Source of the DNA: an uncultured Flavobacteriales bacterium
GTDB taxonomy: Bacteria; Bacteroidota; Bacteroidia; AKYH767-A; 2013-40CM-41-45
Length of the DNA: 43,998 nt
Direction: 5' to 3'
Assembly: GCA_964486655.1 (NCBI GenBank)
Contig: CAZAON010000022.1
Location: 1 to 43,998, forward strand
The notes under the pieces were generated by a model that saw only the letters and a program-made list of their open reading frames with translations, did no database searches and was not told the DNA's origin. A program made the translations under genes and the position numbers. Positions 1 through 8,867 of this stretch are shown piece by piece (within the stretch, counting starts at the first letter, position 1; each line of letters begins with the position of its first letter).

Positions 1-21
1 TTCAATTTTCAATCTTCAATC
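1..21 (-). repeat. tandem heptamer array GATTGAA GATTGAA AATTGAA (minus strand), truncated by the window edge
   Basis: The plus strand reads ttcaatt ttcaatc ttcaatc. The array starts right after the TGA TGA double stop (27-22) of the permease gene. Confidence 0.7.
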
Positions 22-24
22 TCA

Positions 25-1257
25 TCATTCATACCTCAACGCCTCAATCGGGTCCAGTTTCGCAGCCTTCGAAGCCGGATAATATCCTGAGATCAAGCCG
101 ACGATAAAACAAAGCGTGAATCCTGTAAAAATCCATTTCCACGGAATGATAAATCCAACGTCCAGTAACATCGACATTCCGTTTCCTGCAACAATACCTA
201 ATATAATTCCAGTTACTCCGCCCATCTGGCATATTAAAATCGCTTCAATTAAAAATTGCTTTCTGATAACTGACGGAGTAGCGCCAATCGCTTTTCGAAT
301 TCCGATTTCTCTCGTTCGTTCAGTCACCGATACGAGCATTATATTCATCAGTCCGATCGCCGCTCCAAGCAGTGTAATAAACCCGATGATTGTCGCCGCC
401 AAAGTCACCGTGCTCATCTGAGACATCACCATATTCGCAATGCTGTCACTTTTTGTAATTTCAAATGTTTCGTCTTCCCCGACACGAACACCTCTTATTG
501 TGCGGAACAATCCCGTTGCCACATCAATTGCTTCTTCCATCATCACCACATCTTTCACATTTACGTTTAAGGCAAATGACATGTTGGGTCGGCCGAACTT
601 TTGTTTAACGTTTGTATATGGCAACAGGCATAACTGATCGCCCCCGAATCCGATAGCGGATCCCTTTTCCTTCAGCGTTCCTATAATTCTGTATTTGTTA
701 TTACCTACAGCAATAATTTTATCGATCGGATCGCTTGAAGGGAATAATTTTTCAATGATGTCGGTCCCGATTATAGCCACATTTTCTCCGTTAAAAATTT
801 CATTATGCGAAAAATTTCTTCCGGCCGATAGGGTGTAACCGGCAGTATTCAGATAATTCTCGCTGCCACCCATGACCAGGACATTCGGATTGGTTTTCTT
901 GTCGGCGAACTTTATAGTAGAAGCCCTCGAAGCCAGTACGCTTATGGATACCGTCGAGGGGAATTTGTACTCCTCATAAAAACGGGTTGCCTGGTAGTAA
1001 TCAATCGGCTTAAACCGCTTTGGCCGTTTTCCCCCCGAGCCAACCCTGATAAACATACCCCTGTTCTGGATCGTAAAGGAGTTTGCCCCCATGCTCTGAA
1101 AGTTCTCACTGATCGAGCCCTTAATGGCATCAATTGCCGTTAAAATGCCTACCAAAGCCATGATTCCTATCGCTATAATCAATGCGGTAAGTACGGTCCG
1201 AAGCAACTGGCTCCGGCTACTTTGCAGTGCAACCTTTATATTTTCAGTTAAATTCAC
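25..1257 (-). CDS. ABC transporter permease, FtsX/MacB family
   Basis: 410 aa. It has an N-terminal TM helix ([21 protein letters not shown]), a large periplasmic domain and three C-terminal TM helices, which is the typical MacB/FtsX layout. The start is GTG. Confidence 0.85.
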   Translation of the reverse strand: MNLTENIKVALQSSRSQLLRTVLTALIIAIGIMALVGILTAIDAIKGSISENFQSMGANSFTIQNRGMFIRVGSGGKRPKRFKPIDYYQATRFYEEYKFPSTVSISVLASRASTIKFADKKTNPNVLVMGGSENYLNTAGYTLSAGRNFSHNEIFNGENVAIIGTDIIEKLFPSSDPIDKIIAVGNNKYRIIGTLKEKGSAIGFGGDQLCLLPYTNVKQKFGRPNMSFALNVNVKDVVMMEEAIDVATGLFRTIRGVRVGEDETFEITKSDSIANMVMSQMSTVTLAATIIGFITLLGAAIGLMNIMLVSVTERTREIGIRKAIGATPSVIRKQFLIEAILICQMGGVTGIILGIVAGNGMSMLLDVGFIIPWKWIFTGFTLCFIVGLISGYYPASKAAKLDPIEALRYE

Positions 1258-1360
1258 GGGTTTGGGGGTGAAAGTAAGAAGAAAATGAATGTGACGTGAA
1301 AAGCCCGCAGTTAAAGTAATTTAACATCAAATTATGCAACAGAACAGACAAAAAATCGTT

Positions 1361-1368
1361 TATATTTG
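1361..1368 (+). promoter_or_regulatory. candidate Bacteroidota -7 promoter box TATATTTG
   Basis: Exact match to TAnnTTTG, 27 nt upstream of the ATG at 1396. Confidence 0.45.
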
Positions 1369-1395
1369 TAGTACGAAACTAAAATTCAAACATAG

Positions 1396-1716
1396 ATGAA
1401 AAAATTATTGGCCCTACTTTCTTTAACAGCTTTCCTTGCTGTTTCAGTAAATGCCCAGACTACAAAGGAAACTGCTCCGGCTGCTAAAAAAGAAACGGCT
1501 GTTGCAAAAACAAAATCAAAAGCTACGGCTTCATGTTGCATGAAAGCTAACCCTTCATGTTGCAAGAACAATAAAGACGCTAAAGCCTGCACTCCTGAAC
1601 AAAAAGCTGAATGTGCAAAATCAGGTCATGCAAGTAACGGCGGAAACGCTGCCGGTTGCAGCCATGGTCATGCAAAGGCAATGGACGAGAAGGCTAATCC
1701 GCCTCAGAATAAATAA
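1396..1716 (+). CDS. small secreted Cys/His-rich protein (hypothetical, possible metal binding)
   Basis: 106 aa with a clear signal peptide (MKKLLALLSLTAFLAVSVNAQ). It contains SCC...SCC, CxxxxxxxC and CSHGH motifs. A -7 box lies upstream and a strong terminator follows. Confidence 0.75.
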   Translation: MKKLLALLSLTAFLAVSVNAQTTKETAPAAKKETAVAKTKSKATASCCMKANPSCCKNNKDAKACTPEQKAECAKSGHASNGGNAAGCSHGHAKAMDEKANPPQNK

Positions 1717-1734
1717 TCGTTCATAACAAAATTT

Positions 1735-1765
1735 AAAGCCCTCCTAAACGGTGGGCTTTTTTTTT
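1735..1765 (+). terminator. rho-independent terminator
   Basis: Stem aaagccc / gggcttt with an 11-nt loop, followed by a T-run. It sits 19 nt after the stop codon. Confidence 0.75.
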
Positions 1766-1825
1766 GAGCAACAATTTGATAGCTGATAGCAGGGAGCAGG
1801 AAAGTAGACGAATAAGGAAAAGTAC

Positions 1826-2521
1826 CTACAGAATATTCTTCAATAAATCCAGTGACTCGATTTCATAGGTAGGTTTTAAATCATGCGGTGTGCCTGCCGG
1901 ATTAAAGTACACCGCATCCCATCCGGCATCCTGTGCGCCAATAACATCTACAAGTAAGCTGTCTCCTACCATCAGGCAGTTTTCAGGCGACGCATTCGCG
2001 CTTTCGGCAGAGTACTGAAAGATGCGTATATCGGGTTTCTTAAATCCCGTGTGTTCACTGATAATAATATTCTTGAAATACTTTGTAAGATCCGATGATT
2101 GAAGCTTGATATGCTGCGCCTCTTCAAAACCGTTTGTGATAATATGTAAAACGTATTTTTCTTTTAGATAGGTCAACACTTCATGTGCATGCGGAAACAA
2201 TTTACTCTTACGGGGACCTATACGAATAAATTCAGACGCCAGTTCCTTCGGCGCTAATTCCGAATCCAGTCCCATGTCCCAGAACGTAAGTGAAAAGCGT
2301 GTATCTCGTAATGTGATTTTATCTATTTTCCCCAGCCTGTACTGTTCCCACATCATTTCATTTCGCAACTTGTATTTTTCAAAGAATACTTCGAATGACG
2401 GAACGCCTAATTCGATCAGGTTAAATTTATGATACAGTTCAAGTAATGTTTCAGATGCATTCGTATCTAAATCCCACAGAGTATTATCCAGATCGAAAAA
2501 AATATCAGTGTACTTTTTCAT
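1826..2521 (-). CDS. HAD-IA family hydrolase, YjjG-like pyrimidine 5'-nucleotidase
   Basis: 231 aa with the DLDNTLWD (DxDxT) motif I, ITNG and GDS..D motifs. Its start overlaps the upstream stop (ATGA). Confidence 0.8.
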   Translation of the reverse strand: MKKYTDIFFDLDNTLWDLDTNASETLLELYHKFNLIELGVPSFEVFFEKYKLRNEMMWEQYRLGKIDKITLRDTRFSLTFWDMGLDSELAPKELASEFIRIGPRKSKLFPHAHEVLTYLKEKYVLHIITNGFEEAQHIKLQSSDLTKYFKNIIISEHTGFKKPDIRIFQYSAESANASPENCLMVGDSLLVDVIGAQDAGWDAVYFNPAGTPHDLKPTYEIESLDLLKNIL

Positions 2522-3093
2522 TTTAAAATTTCATGTAGTGAACGTACTTCCGTTAACTGGAAAAAACTGGTGAGTAATAACGACCAGGTCGTTATCGAAA
2601 CAAACATATACCAGAATATTTTATTTCTGTTTTTTTCATACCGGCTCATAAAAAATGTACCGATCGGAATGGAGAAAATAACAGGTGTAAGTGCAGCTAT
2701 TCCAAATAGTCCGTACTTCTTCCAGATTTTTACAACTCTTCTTGACTGTCGGGAAAATATTTTTTTTGGAGGAACGACATTTTGGCCGATGTACTGGTAG
2801 TGAATTTCAATTTGTTCTTCAGTATCAGCAACCGGTTCCGAAAACACAGGATTGTTTTTTCTCTTAGCCTTATTGACAAAATAATATTTGCGAACCTTAT
2901 CCCACATCCTTATCAGCCATTCGCTTATGTGGAGAAATATCGTAACACCGATCATTCCCCCTATAATAGAATAGATATTCGTTTCCAGCCAGGTGAAATC
3001 ATATTTCTGATTCAGATATGCGAAGGAAGGTCCGAAGACAAACTTCACGCTACTGATCAGGATAAGGGTTAATATGTTTATGAATGACTCCAA
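2518..3093 (-). CDS. small integral membrane protein (hypothetical)
   Basis: Multiple TM segments. The listed ORF runs to 3246 only because it reads through a heptamer array (PKPETRN) and into the upp 3' end. The most likely start is TTG at 3093, but this is uncertain. Confidence 0.5.
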   Translation of the reverse strand: MESFINILTLILISSVKFVFGPSFAYLNQKYDFTWLETNIYSIIGGMIGVTIFLHISEWLIRMWDKVRKYYFVNKAKRKNNPVFSEPVADTEEQIEIHYQYIGQNVVPPKKIFSRQSRRVVKIWKKYGLFGIAALTPVIFSIPIGTFFMSRYEKNRNKIFWYMFVSITTWSLLLTSFFQLTEVRSLHEILK

Positions 3094-3096
3094 CGA

Positions 3097-3124
3097 GTTT
3101 CGGGTTTCGGGTTTCGGGTTGTGG
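3097..3124 (-). repeat. tandem heptamer array (AACCCGA)x3 plus one degenerate copy on the minus strand
   Basis: The plus strand reads gtttcgg gtttcgg gtttcgg gttgtgg. It lies between the upp stop and the next start. Confidence 0.9.
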
Positions 3125-3193
3125 TTTTGCCTGATCGGAGTCGAATGGCGGAGTAGCCCAACTTCAGAAACTCTTAATTCAATAAATTCACTT

Positions 3194-3841
3194 TTACATT
3201 TTACTGCCGAATGCCAGATCACCGGCATCGCCCAGTCCGGGTACAATATAGGACTGAGCAGTCAGTTCCTCATCAACTGCCGCAGACCAAATCGTTACAT
3301 TAGAAGGCAAATTTCTTTTCACATATTCAATTCCCATTGTACTTGCCAAAGCGCTAACTATATGTGTATGACGAGGCGTGCCTTTCTCTAAAAGAGCCTT
3401 GTATGTCATTACTATGGAGGCACCGGTTGCAAGCATCGGATCGCAAAGGATAAGCTCACGGTCGTCAATTGGCGGACTACCTATATATTCCAGTTTAATA
3501 TCGAAAGTTCCATCTTTATGATGTCTCCGATAGGCACTTATAAATGCATTATCAGCCTGATCAAAATAATTCAGTAAACCATAGTGAAGAGGCAGTCCTG
3601 CTCTTAAAATTGTTCCTACGATCGGTTGTTGTGAAAGAACTCGCATAGTTGCAATTCCAAGAGGTGTTACAACTTCCTGATCTTCGTAAGTAAGTGTCTT
3701 GCTTATTTCGTATGCGAATATTTCTCCGAGTCGTTCGAGATTTTTACGAAAACGCATACGGTCTTTTTGAATCTGTACATCGCGCAGTTCAGAAACAAAT
3801 TGATTGATAAGCGAGTTATTGATACTAAGGTTATGAACCAT
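3194..3841 (-). CDS. upp: uracil phosphoribosyltransferase
   Basis: 215 aa with the PRPP-binding motif CDPMLATGAS and a C-terminal YIVPGLGDAGD. Confidence 0.95.
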   Translation of the reverse strand: MVHNLSINNSLINQFVSELRDVQIQKDRMRFRKNLERLGEIFAYEISKTLTYEDQEVVTPLGIATMRVLSQQPIVGTILRAGLPLHYGLLNYFDQADNAFISAYRRHHKDGTFDIKLEYIGSPPIDDRELILCDPMLATGASIVMTYKALLEKGTPRHTHIVSALASTMGIEYVKRNLPSNVTIWSAAVDEELTAQSYIVPGLGDAGDLAFGSKM

Positions 3842-3848
3842 ACAGTTC

Positions 3849-4763
3849 TTATTTAAGCCAACGGATTAGTGATGGGAGTTTATTTTTTCTAACTTGTAAA
3901 TATACAACTTCCTGCGAACCGAAACTTTTATAATATCGGGCAAGATTTGGGTCCATGGACCCTTCAAAATCGAGTATTGTTTTTTCTCCGCTATGGCTGC
4001 TGATAAAGCTGTCTATGATCCTGCTCATTGCACCGTTTTGTTTGCCTTCTTCTGATGTGGCCGAAAAAATAAATATCCATGAATGTACTGATTTTAGGAA
4101 TAAAGCTCCTGCAGTAGTTTCATCCTTTTGATTTTTTACACAACTGATTTCAAGTAAATTCTTTTCAAATGCCGTGTTCATCAGCCTCATAAATGTATCA
4201 TAGTCTGAAGTCTGCAGGTTTTCAATCGTATTTCCTCTGTTCATTCTGAATAGCGAAACAATATTTTCAATACCGCAGTTTTTAGCAAGAATTGAATCTC
4301 CGGCTGATGCCTTTTTGAGGTTTCGCCTGAGGTTTTCTGAATACGATGAACGAAGTTTTTCTATATCCGGAGATAAATCAAGATGATGAGTCTTTCTCGG
4401 AACAACTTCATAATCCCTGGCATCAGTAAGCTTATTGCCTGTATTTAATTGGATTTCAACCAGTCTGTATTTTGCAGGAATTGCTTCCAGAAAATTTTTC
4501 ACTTCATTTTGTGTAACCGGGCCTTTTGAAAATAAACCAAGCTGTTGTGTAAAGTAGGGTTGATATAAATAATCAAATCCGAATTTTTTTCTTTTCGTGA
4601 GTGGAAATACGAAATCGTAATTTCCGGAAACCAGTGCATCCCAGCCCGGAGAAATAATATCCAAAAACCAGCTGCATGAATAAACTTCTCCTTGTGGCGA
4701 AGACATTATGCAACGGTCCCACAACGATTTGTCAATTTTGGAATGAGGCAGATAGTTTATCAA
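3849..4763 (-). CDS. GNAT/FemAB-like acyltransferase-fold protein (hypothetical)
   Basis: 304 aa. The N-terminal pattern KIDKSLWDRCI...YSCSWFLD is recalled from a Bacteroidota family paired with the upstream deacetylase-like gene. The TTG start overlaps the upstream stop (TTGA). Confidence 0.55.
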   Translation of the reverse strand: MINYLPHSKIDKSLWDRCIMSSPQGEVYSCSWFLDIISPGWDALVSGNYDFVFPLTKRKKFGFDYLYQPYFTQQLGLFSKGPVTQNEVKNFLEAIPAKYRLVEIQLNTGNKLTDARDYEVVPRKTHHLDLSPDIEKLRSSYSENLRRNLKKASAGDSILAKNCGIENIVSLFRMNRGNTIENLQTSDYDTFMRLMNTAFEKNLLEISCVKNQKDETTAGALFLKSVHSWIFIFSATSEEGKQNGAMSRIIDSFISSHSGEKTILDFEGSMDPNLARYYKSFGSQEVVYLQVRKNKLPSLIRWLK

Positions 4764-6061
4764 TTGACGGCCGCTTTAATAATGTCTTCGTAAACTCCTT
4801 TCCATCCTTCCCATGGTCCCCTGTTGCTGAGCGATTCATTGTGCCAGATTGTTATAAACGTTCCGTCAACGGCTTTTATTTCCTTAATCAGCGGACCAAC
4901 ATAACTCATTACTTCAGCGGGCTGAACTTTCATGTAATATTTCAGAGTGGCATCCATTACTGCGAATGGATGTATTTTCAAATTTGTTTCAAGTTCCCGC
5001 TCGAGATCATAAAAAAAGAAAGGTGTGCAAATGCCGGCACGGAATCCGATCTCACCCGAAAATCCCATCGTATAATCTTCCGTTATATCGGCGTCGATCA
5101 GGTTACGGTAAGTTACGGGAAAGGTAAGTTTTAAAAAATGTTGTCTGCTCCTGGAGATGTCCCTGTGAGTTATTTTTTTAAGCCGGCTGAGTTCCAACCT
5201 CAATTGCTGATGCTTTTCATTCGAAGCATATGAAGGATGGATTCCGGTTTCATAATAGTCTGCAATCTTTTTGATTAATGTCTGGAAATTTCTGTTGCTT
5301 ACAGAAACATTTTTATCATTTACATCATAATCGCCGAGCAGGAAAAAAAATATCATTTCGAGGTTATACTTGTTTTGCAGACTGAAAAGTAAATCGTAGG
5401 TATCATAAGGATCCTGTTTTCTGCCCGTTAAAACTGAAATTCTCTCGAAGAATTCACTCATCTTCAATGATGAAAGAGATCTTAGTAACGCGCCGGTTGT
5501 TCTGATAACACCTTTTTCCTTATAGGCCCATGCATTGTCAATGTCAACCGTAGAAATGTATTTGAATTTCTTTTTGCGAAAAACCAATTCGGGATATTCA
5601 TTTCTGAATATTTCACGGATTTTTTTAGCGAAAATATTTACGAGCGGTTTATTCAGAAACCCTTTTTGCTGGGCAAGACTTTCATTTGCATCGAACCGGG
5701 AATACTTATCGGCGGTGAAAGGAAAATATTCTTCATACCTGCTTACAAGATAAAAGCTTGCCGCAAAAGGATCAAAGGGGATAATATATTTAGGATGTGT
5801 GGCGAAAAAAGCTTTCGTGTCGTTCCAGTCGAAAACCGAAAGATCCTGCTTGCGGATTTTCTTTTCGAATAAAAGATCGGTCGCAAAAATAAAAAGTTCT
5901 TCTCCGAATGGCTGTTTACTGTAATTGAATTTCGGTCCGGTATAAAATGCAAACTTGTCTGCATCCGTCGTAAGCTCATAGTCGACACCGACCAGGTCTC
6001 TGATGACCAGTTCAAAAGTGTATTTAAGTCTGTTTGTTATTTGCTGTACGTAAACGAGCAT
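4760..6061 (-). CDS. polysaccharide deacetylase family protein
   Basis: 433 aa. The N-terminal QQITNRLKYTFELV region and the later IHPSYAS / SRQHFLKL / GFRAGICTPF motifs are typical of the Bacteroidota deacetylase-like family. Confidence 0.7.
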   Translation of the reverse strand: MLVYVQQITNRLKYTFELVIRDLVGVDYELTTDADKFAFYTGPKFNYSKQPFGEELFIFATDLLFEKKIRKQDLSVFDWNDTKAFFATHPKYIIPFDPFAASFYLVSRYEEYFPFTADKYSRFDANESLAQQKGFLNKPLVNIFAKKIREIFRNEYPELVFRKKKFKYISTVDIDNAWAYKEKGVIRTTGALLRSLSSLKMSEFFERISVLTGRKQDPYDTYDLLFSLQNKYNLEMIFFFLLGDYDVNDKNVSVSNRNFQTLIKKIADYYETGIHPSYASNEKHQQLRLELSRLKKITHRDISRSRQHFLKLTFPVTYRNLIDADITEDYTMGFSGEIGFRAGICTPFFFYDLERELETNLKIHPFAVMDATLKYYMKVQPAEVMSYVGPLIKEIKAVDGTFITIWHNESLSNRGPWEGWKGVYEDIIKAAVN

Positions 6062-6065
6062 GGGG

Positions 6066-6755
6066 TCAGATCATTCCTTCGTCCGCAAAGCTAAAAAATC
6101 CATGTTGTGTTATGATAATATGATCAAGTACTGTTATCTCTAAAACTTTGCCGGCTTCGATGATGTTTTTAGTAAGCTGGATATCAGAGGCACTCGGTTG
6201 TGTGTTTCCCGAAGGATGGTTATGACTTAGAATGATCGAGACTGCCTTCTCCTCAAGGGCCGCTTTGAATATCAGCCGGGGATCAGCCACGGTACCGCTC
6301 ATTCCGCCTATGCTAATCTGCTTTTTCCCGATAATGCCATTCGCACGATTAAGAAAAATGACCCAAAACTCTTCGTGAATAAGGTCTCCCAGCACAGGCT
6401 GCATCATATTAACGGCCTCCCTGCTTGTCGTGATTTTAGTACTCTTGATTTCTTTGACGTCTTTTCTGCGCCGGCCTAATTCGAGGGCTGCTATTATGCT
6501 CACTGCTTTGGCCTCGCCAATTCCTTTGATCTTTTTCAATTCGGCCACATTTAATTTGCTGAGCTTACTAAGGTCGAAATTGACTTCCGACAGCAGTCTC
6601 CTGGAGAGATCTACTGCTGTTTCGCCGCTATTTCCAGTACCGATCAGGATGGCGATTAATTCGGCGTCAGTGAGCGAATGTTTTCCTTTAAGCAGGAGTT
6701 TCTCCCTCGGTCTGTCTTCTTCGGCCCATGCCTTTATGGTTAAGTGTGAATCCAT
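6066..6755 (-). CDS. radC: RadC-family JAB-domain protein
   Basis: 229 aa with a helix-hairpin-helix (LKKIKGIGEAKA) and the JAMM motif HNHPSG. Confidence 0.9.
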   Translation of the reverse strand: MDSHLTIKAWAEEDRPREKLLLKGKHSLTDAELIAILIGTGNSGETAVDLSRRLLSEVNFDLSKLSKLNVAELKKIKGIGEAKAVSIIAALELGRRRKDVKEIKSTKITTSREAVNMMQPVLGDLIHEEFWVIFLNRANGIIGKKQISIGGMSGTVADPRLIFKAALEEKAVSIILSHNHPSGNTQPSASDIQLTKNIIEAGKVLEITVLDHIIITQHGFFSFADEGMI

Positions 6756-6811
6756 ACTGCAAGAAACGAACAGATTCTGCGTTTCCTGTTTAATCTATTA
6801 GGGAAACTGGC

Positions 6812-6840
6812 ATAAAAAAAGGGGACTTTTTGGTCCCCTT
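6812..6840 (-). terminator. rho-independent terminator of rpsT
   Basis: The minus strand reads aaggggacc aaaaa gtcccctt followed by a T-run. It sits 20 nt after the rpsT stop. Confidence 0.8.
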
Positions 6841-6859
6841 CGTATATCAAATAGATATC

Positions 6860-7114
6860 TTATTTCATGTGGTTGATGTGAACAGCAAGCTCGCTCTTTA
6901 AGTTAGAAGCTTTGTTCTTGTGGATCACGTTTGTCTTCGCTAAGCGGTCAAGCATAGATGCAAGCTTTGGAAGTTGTTTCGTAGCTTCTTTCTTATCAGT
7001 CAGTTCGCGAAAACTTTTGATTGCGTTTCTCATGGTTTTAGCCTGATAACGGTTTCTAACTCTTTTACTTTCGCTGTTACGGATTCTCTTAAGAGACGAT
7101 TTATGATTTGCCAT
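6860..7114 (-). CDS. rpsT: 30S ribosomal protein S20
   Basis: 84 aa, basic, with N-terminal [15 protein letters not shown]. Confidence 0.95.
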   Translation of the reverse strand: MANHKSSLKRIRNSESKRVRNRYQAKTMRNAIKSFRELTDKKEATKQLPKLASMLDRLAKTNVIHKNKASNLKSELAVHINHMK

Positions 7115-7158
7115 TTTTCTTTCTATAGGCCTCCCTTGGCCACTTTTTTTGGGGACGG

Positions 7159-7166
7159 CAAATATA
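7159..7166 (-). promoter_or_regulatory. candidate -7 promoter box TATATTTG for rpsT
   Basis: The reverse complement of caaatata matches TAnnTTTG. It lies 44 nt upstream of the ATG. Confidence 0.45.
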
Positions 7167-7334
7167 GGAAAGTATGCTTGTAATGCAAAAAAAAGTTTAA
7201 AAGGCCTTTGGAAAGGGAACTCAAACTAATTTTGAGAAAAACCTGTTTTTTGTTCAAATTTAGGCCTAAATTAAGAGATAATCAGTCAGCCGGGCCAGAA
7301 AGTATATCGGACTGATTTCGAAAATTCAGTTCGG

Positions 7335-8750
7335 TCAGACTTTTACTTTTTTCCAATTCCCTTTTTTAAACATTATATAAACAGCGATGGCAATCAGTGT
7401 TTCTGCGAGGGGAATAGCAATCAGGATTCCTGTAAATTCAAGTGATGTGTAATTATGCATAATGTAGGCAAATGGTATCTGGAACATCCAGAAACCGAAG
7501 AAATATACCCAGGTCGGAGTTTTTGTATCGCCCGAACCGTTAAATGCCTGCGTTGCTACCATTCCGATTCCGTAAAATATGTAACCGGTGCTGATGATTT
7601 GAAGAGATAATATGGCATAACGCAACTGGTCATGTTCATATTCCGGAATGAAAATTCGGACCAGCGGATATGCGAATACTAAAAACACAAAGGTTACAAA
7701 TGCCATAAATATTGCATTGTATTTCGAAGTGAGCTTTACGCTTTGCTCTGCACGTTCCGGTTTATTAGCGCCAAGATTTTGTCCGACTAACGTTGCCACA
7801 GCATTACTCATTCCCCATGCAGGAAGAATAAAAAAGATAATGAGCCTGATTGCAGTCTGATAACCGGCCGATGCCGCGCTGCCATATTCGGCAACCATTG
7901 CGGCAAGAATGATCCAGCTTGCCGAAGCGATTATAAACTGAAAAGTAGCAGGAGAGGCTATACCTATCAATTCCCTTATAACCTTAAAGTCAGGCTTGAA
8001 ATGACTGAGTCTTATATTCAGAAGCCCCCTCGATTTTCTGAGTTGATTTAGCTGGTAAAGAACTCCGATAGCGCGTCCTGTTGTTGTTGCAATGGCAGCA
8101 CCTAATACACCGCATTCAGGAAAAAATCCGATCCCGAAAATCAGCAACGGATCGAGAATAATATTGAAAATATTTCCAATCCATAAACTCTTCATGGCAA
8201 TAGCCGCATTTCCCGCGCCTCTGAAGATTCCGTTTATGACGAAAAGCAGAATGATAGCCATGTTTCCACCCAGCATAATTCTCGTATAGTTGACTCCCAT
8301 GGCGATGGCTTCAGGTTGTGCGCCCATTAGCCTGAGAATGTCTTCTGCGAAAATTATTCCGGGTATGCCCATTAATAAAGACGCCACAACAGACAGAATA
8401 ATTGACTGTGCTCCGGCATGTGCGGCAGCTTCATTGTCTTTTTCGCCGACTCTTCTCGCGACTACAGCGGTTGCCGCGGCACTTATTCCGATACCGACCG
8501 AATAAACAATCGTGATGACTGACTCCGTTAACCCGACGACAGAAACTGCATGTATTCCGAGCTTGTTGACAAAGAAAATATCTACAACCGCAAACACCGA
8601 TTCAAGAGCCAGTTCCAGCATCATTGGAATGGCAAGCAGTATTACAGCTTTTCGCAGGTTTATGGTTGTAAGGTCGAATTCATCTCCACGTATGGCGGAG
8701 CGGATGACAGAAAAATAACGATTAAGTTTTCCGGAATTTTGTTGTTGCAT
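7335..8750 (-). CDS. MATE family efflux transporter
   Basis: 471 aa, about 12 TM segments, with a typical MATE N-terminus (ILLAIPMMLELALESVFAVVDIFFV). Confidence 0.9.
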   Translation of the reverse strand: MQQQNSGKLNRYFSVIRSAIRGDEFDLTTINLRKAVILLAIPMMLELALESVFAVVDIFFVNKLGIHAVSVVGLTESVITIVYSVGIGISAAATAVVARRVGEKDNEAAAHAGAQSIILSVVASLLMGIPGIIFAEDILRLMGAQPEAIAMGVNYTRIMLGGNMAIILLFVINGIFRGAGNAAIAMKSLWIGNIFNIILDPLLIFGIGFFPECGVLGAAIATTTGRAIGVLYQLNQLRKSRGLLNIRLSHFKPDFKVIRELIGIASPATFQFIIASASWIILAAMVAEYGSAASAGYQTAIRLIIFFILPAWGMSNAVATLVGQNLGANKPERAEQSVKLTSKYNAIFMAFVTFVFLVFAYPLVRIFIPEYEHDQLRYAILSLQIISTGYIFYGIGMVATQAFNGSGDTKTPTWVYFFGFWMFQIPFAYIMHNYTSLEFTGILIAIPLAETLIAIAVYIMFKKGNWKKVKV

Positions 8751-8867
8751 TTGCGGCGGCTAAAATATAAATAATACTCAAGGCTTTAAATCGCAATTAT
8801 CGGTCATTTAAGATGAAAGCTTAATCTGCAATCATGTCTAAGCTTTTGTTAATTTTACCGCTCACTT

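Noticed and set aside
1778-1805. Possible heptamer array GATAGCT GATAGCA GGGAGCA GGAAAGT
   Set aside because: Only two good copies are present. That is too weak to call an array, although the GATAGCT word recurs in the palindrome at 10058-10075.
3094-3246. N-terminal extension of the membrane-protein ORF back to ATG 3246
   Set aside because: It reads through the heptamer array (NPKPETRN) and overlaps 53 nt of the upp coding region. TTG 3093 is more plausible, although unproven.
7115-7158. Shine-Dalgarno-like GGGAGG (7130-7135, minus) in a GGCC/GGCC mini-hairpin in the rpsT leader
   Set aside because: It lies 15 nt from the ATG, too far for canonical Shine-Dalgarno function. The stem is only 4 bp, and this lineage does not appear to use Shine-Dalgarno signals.
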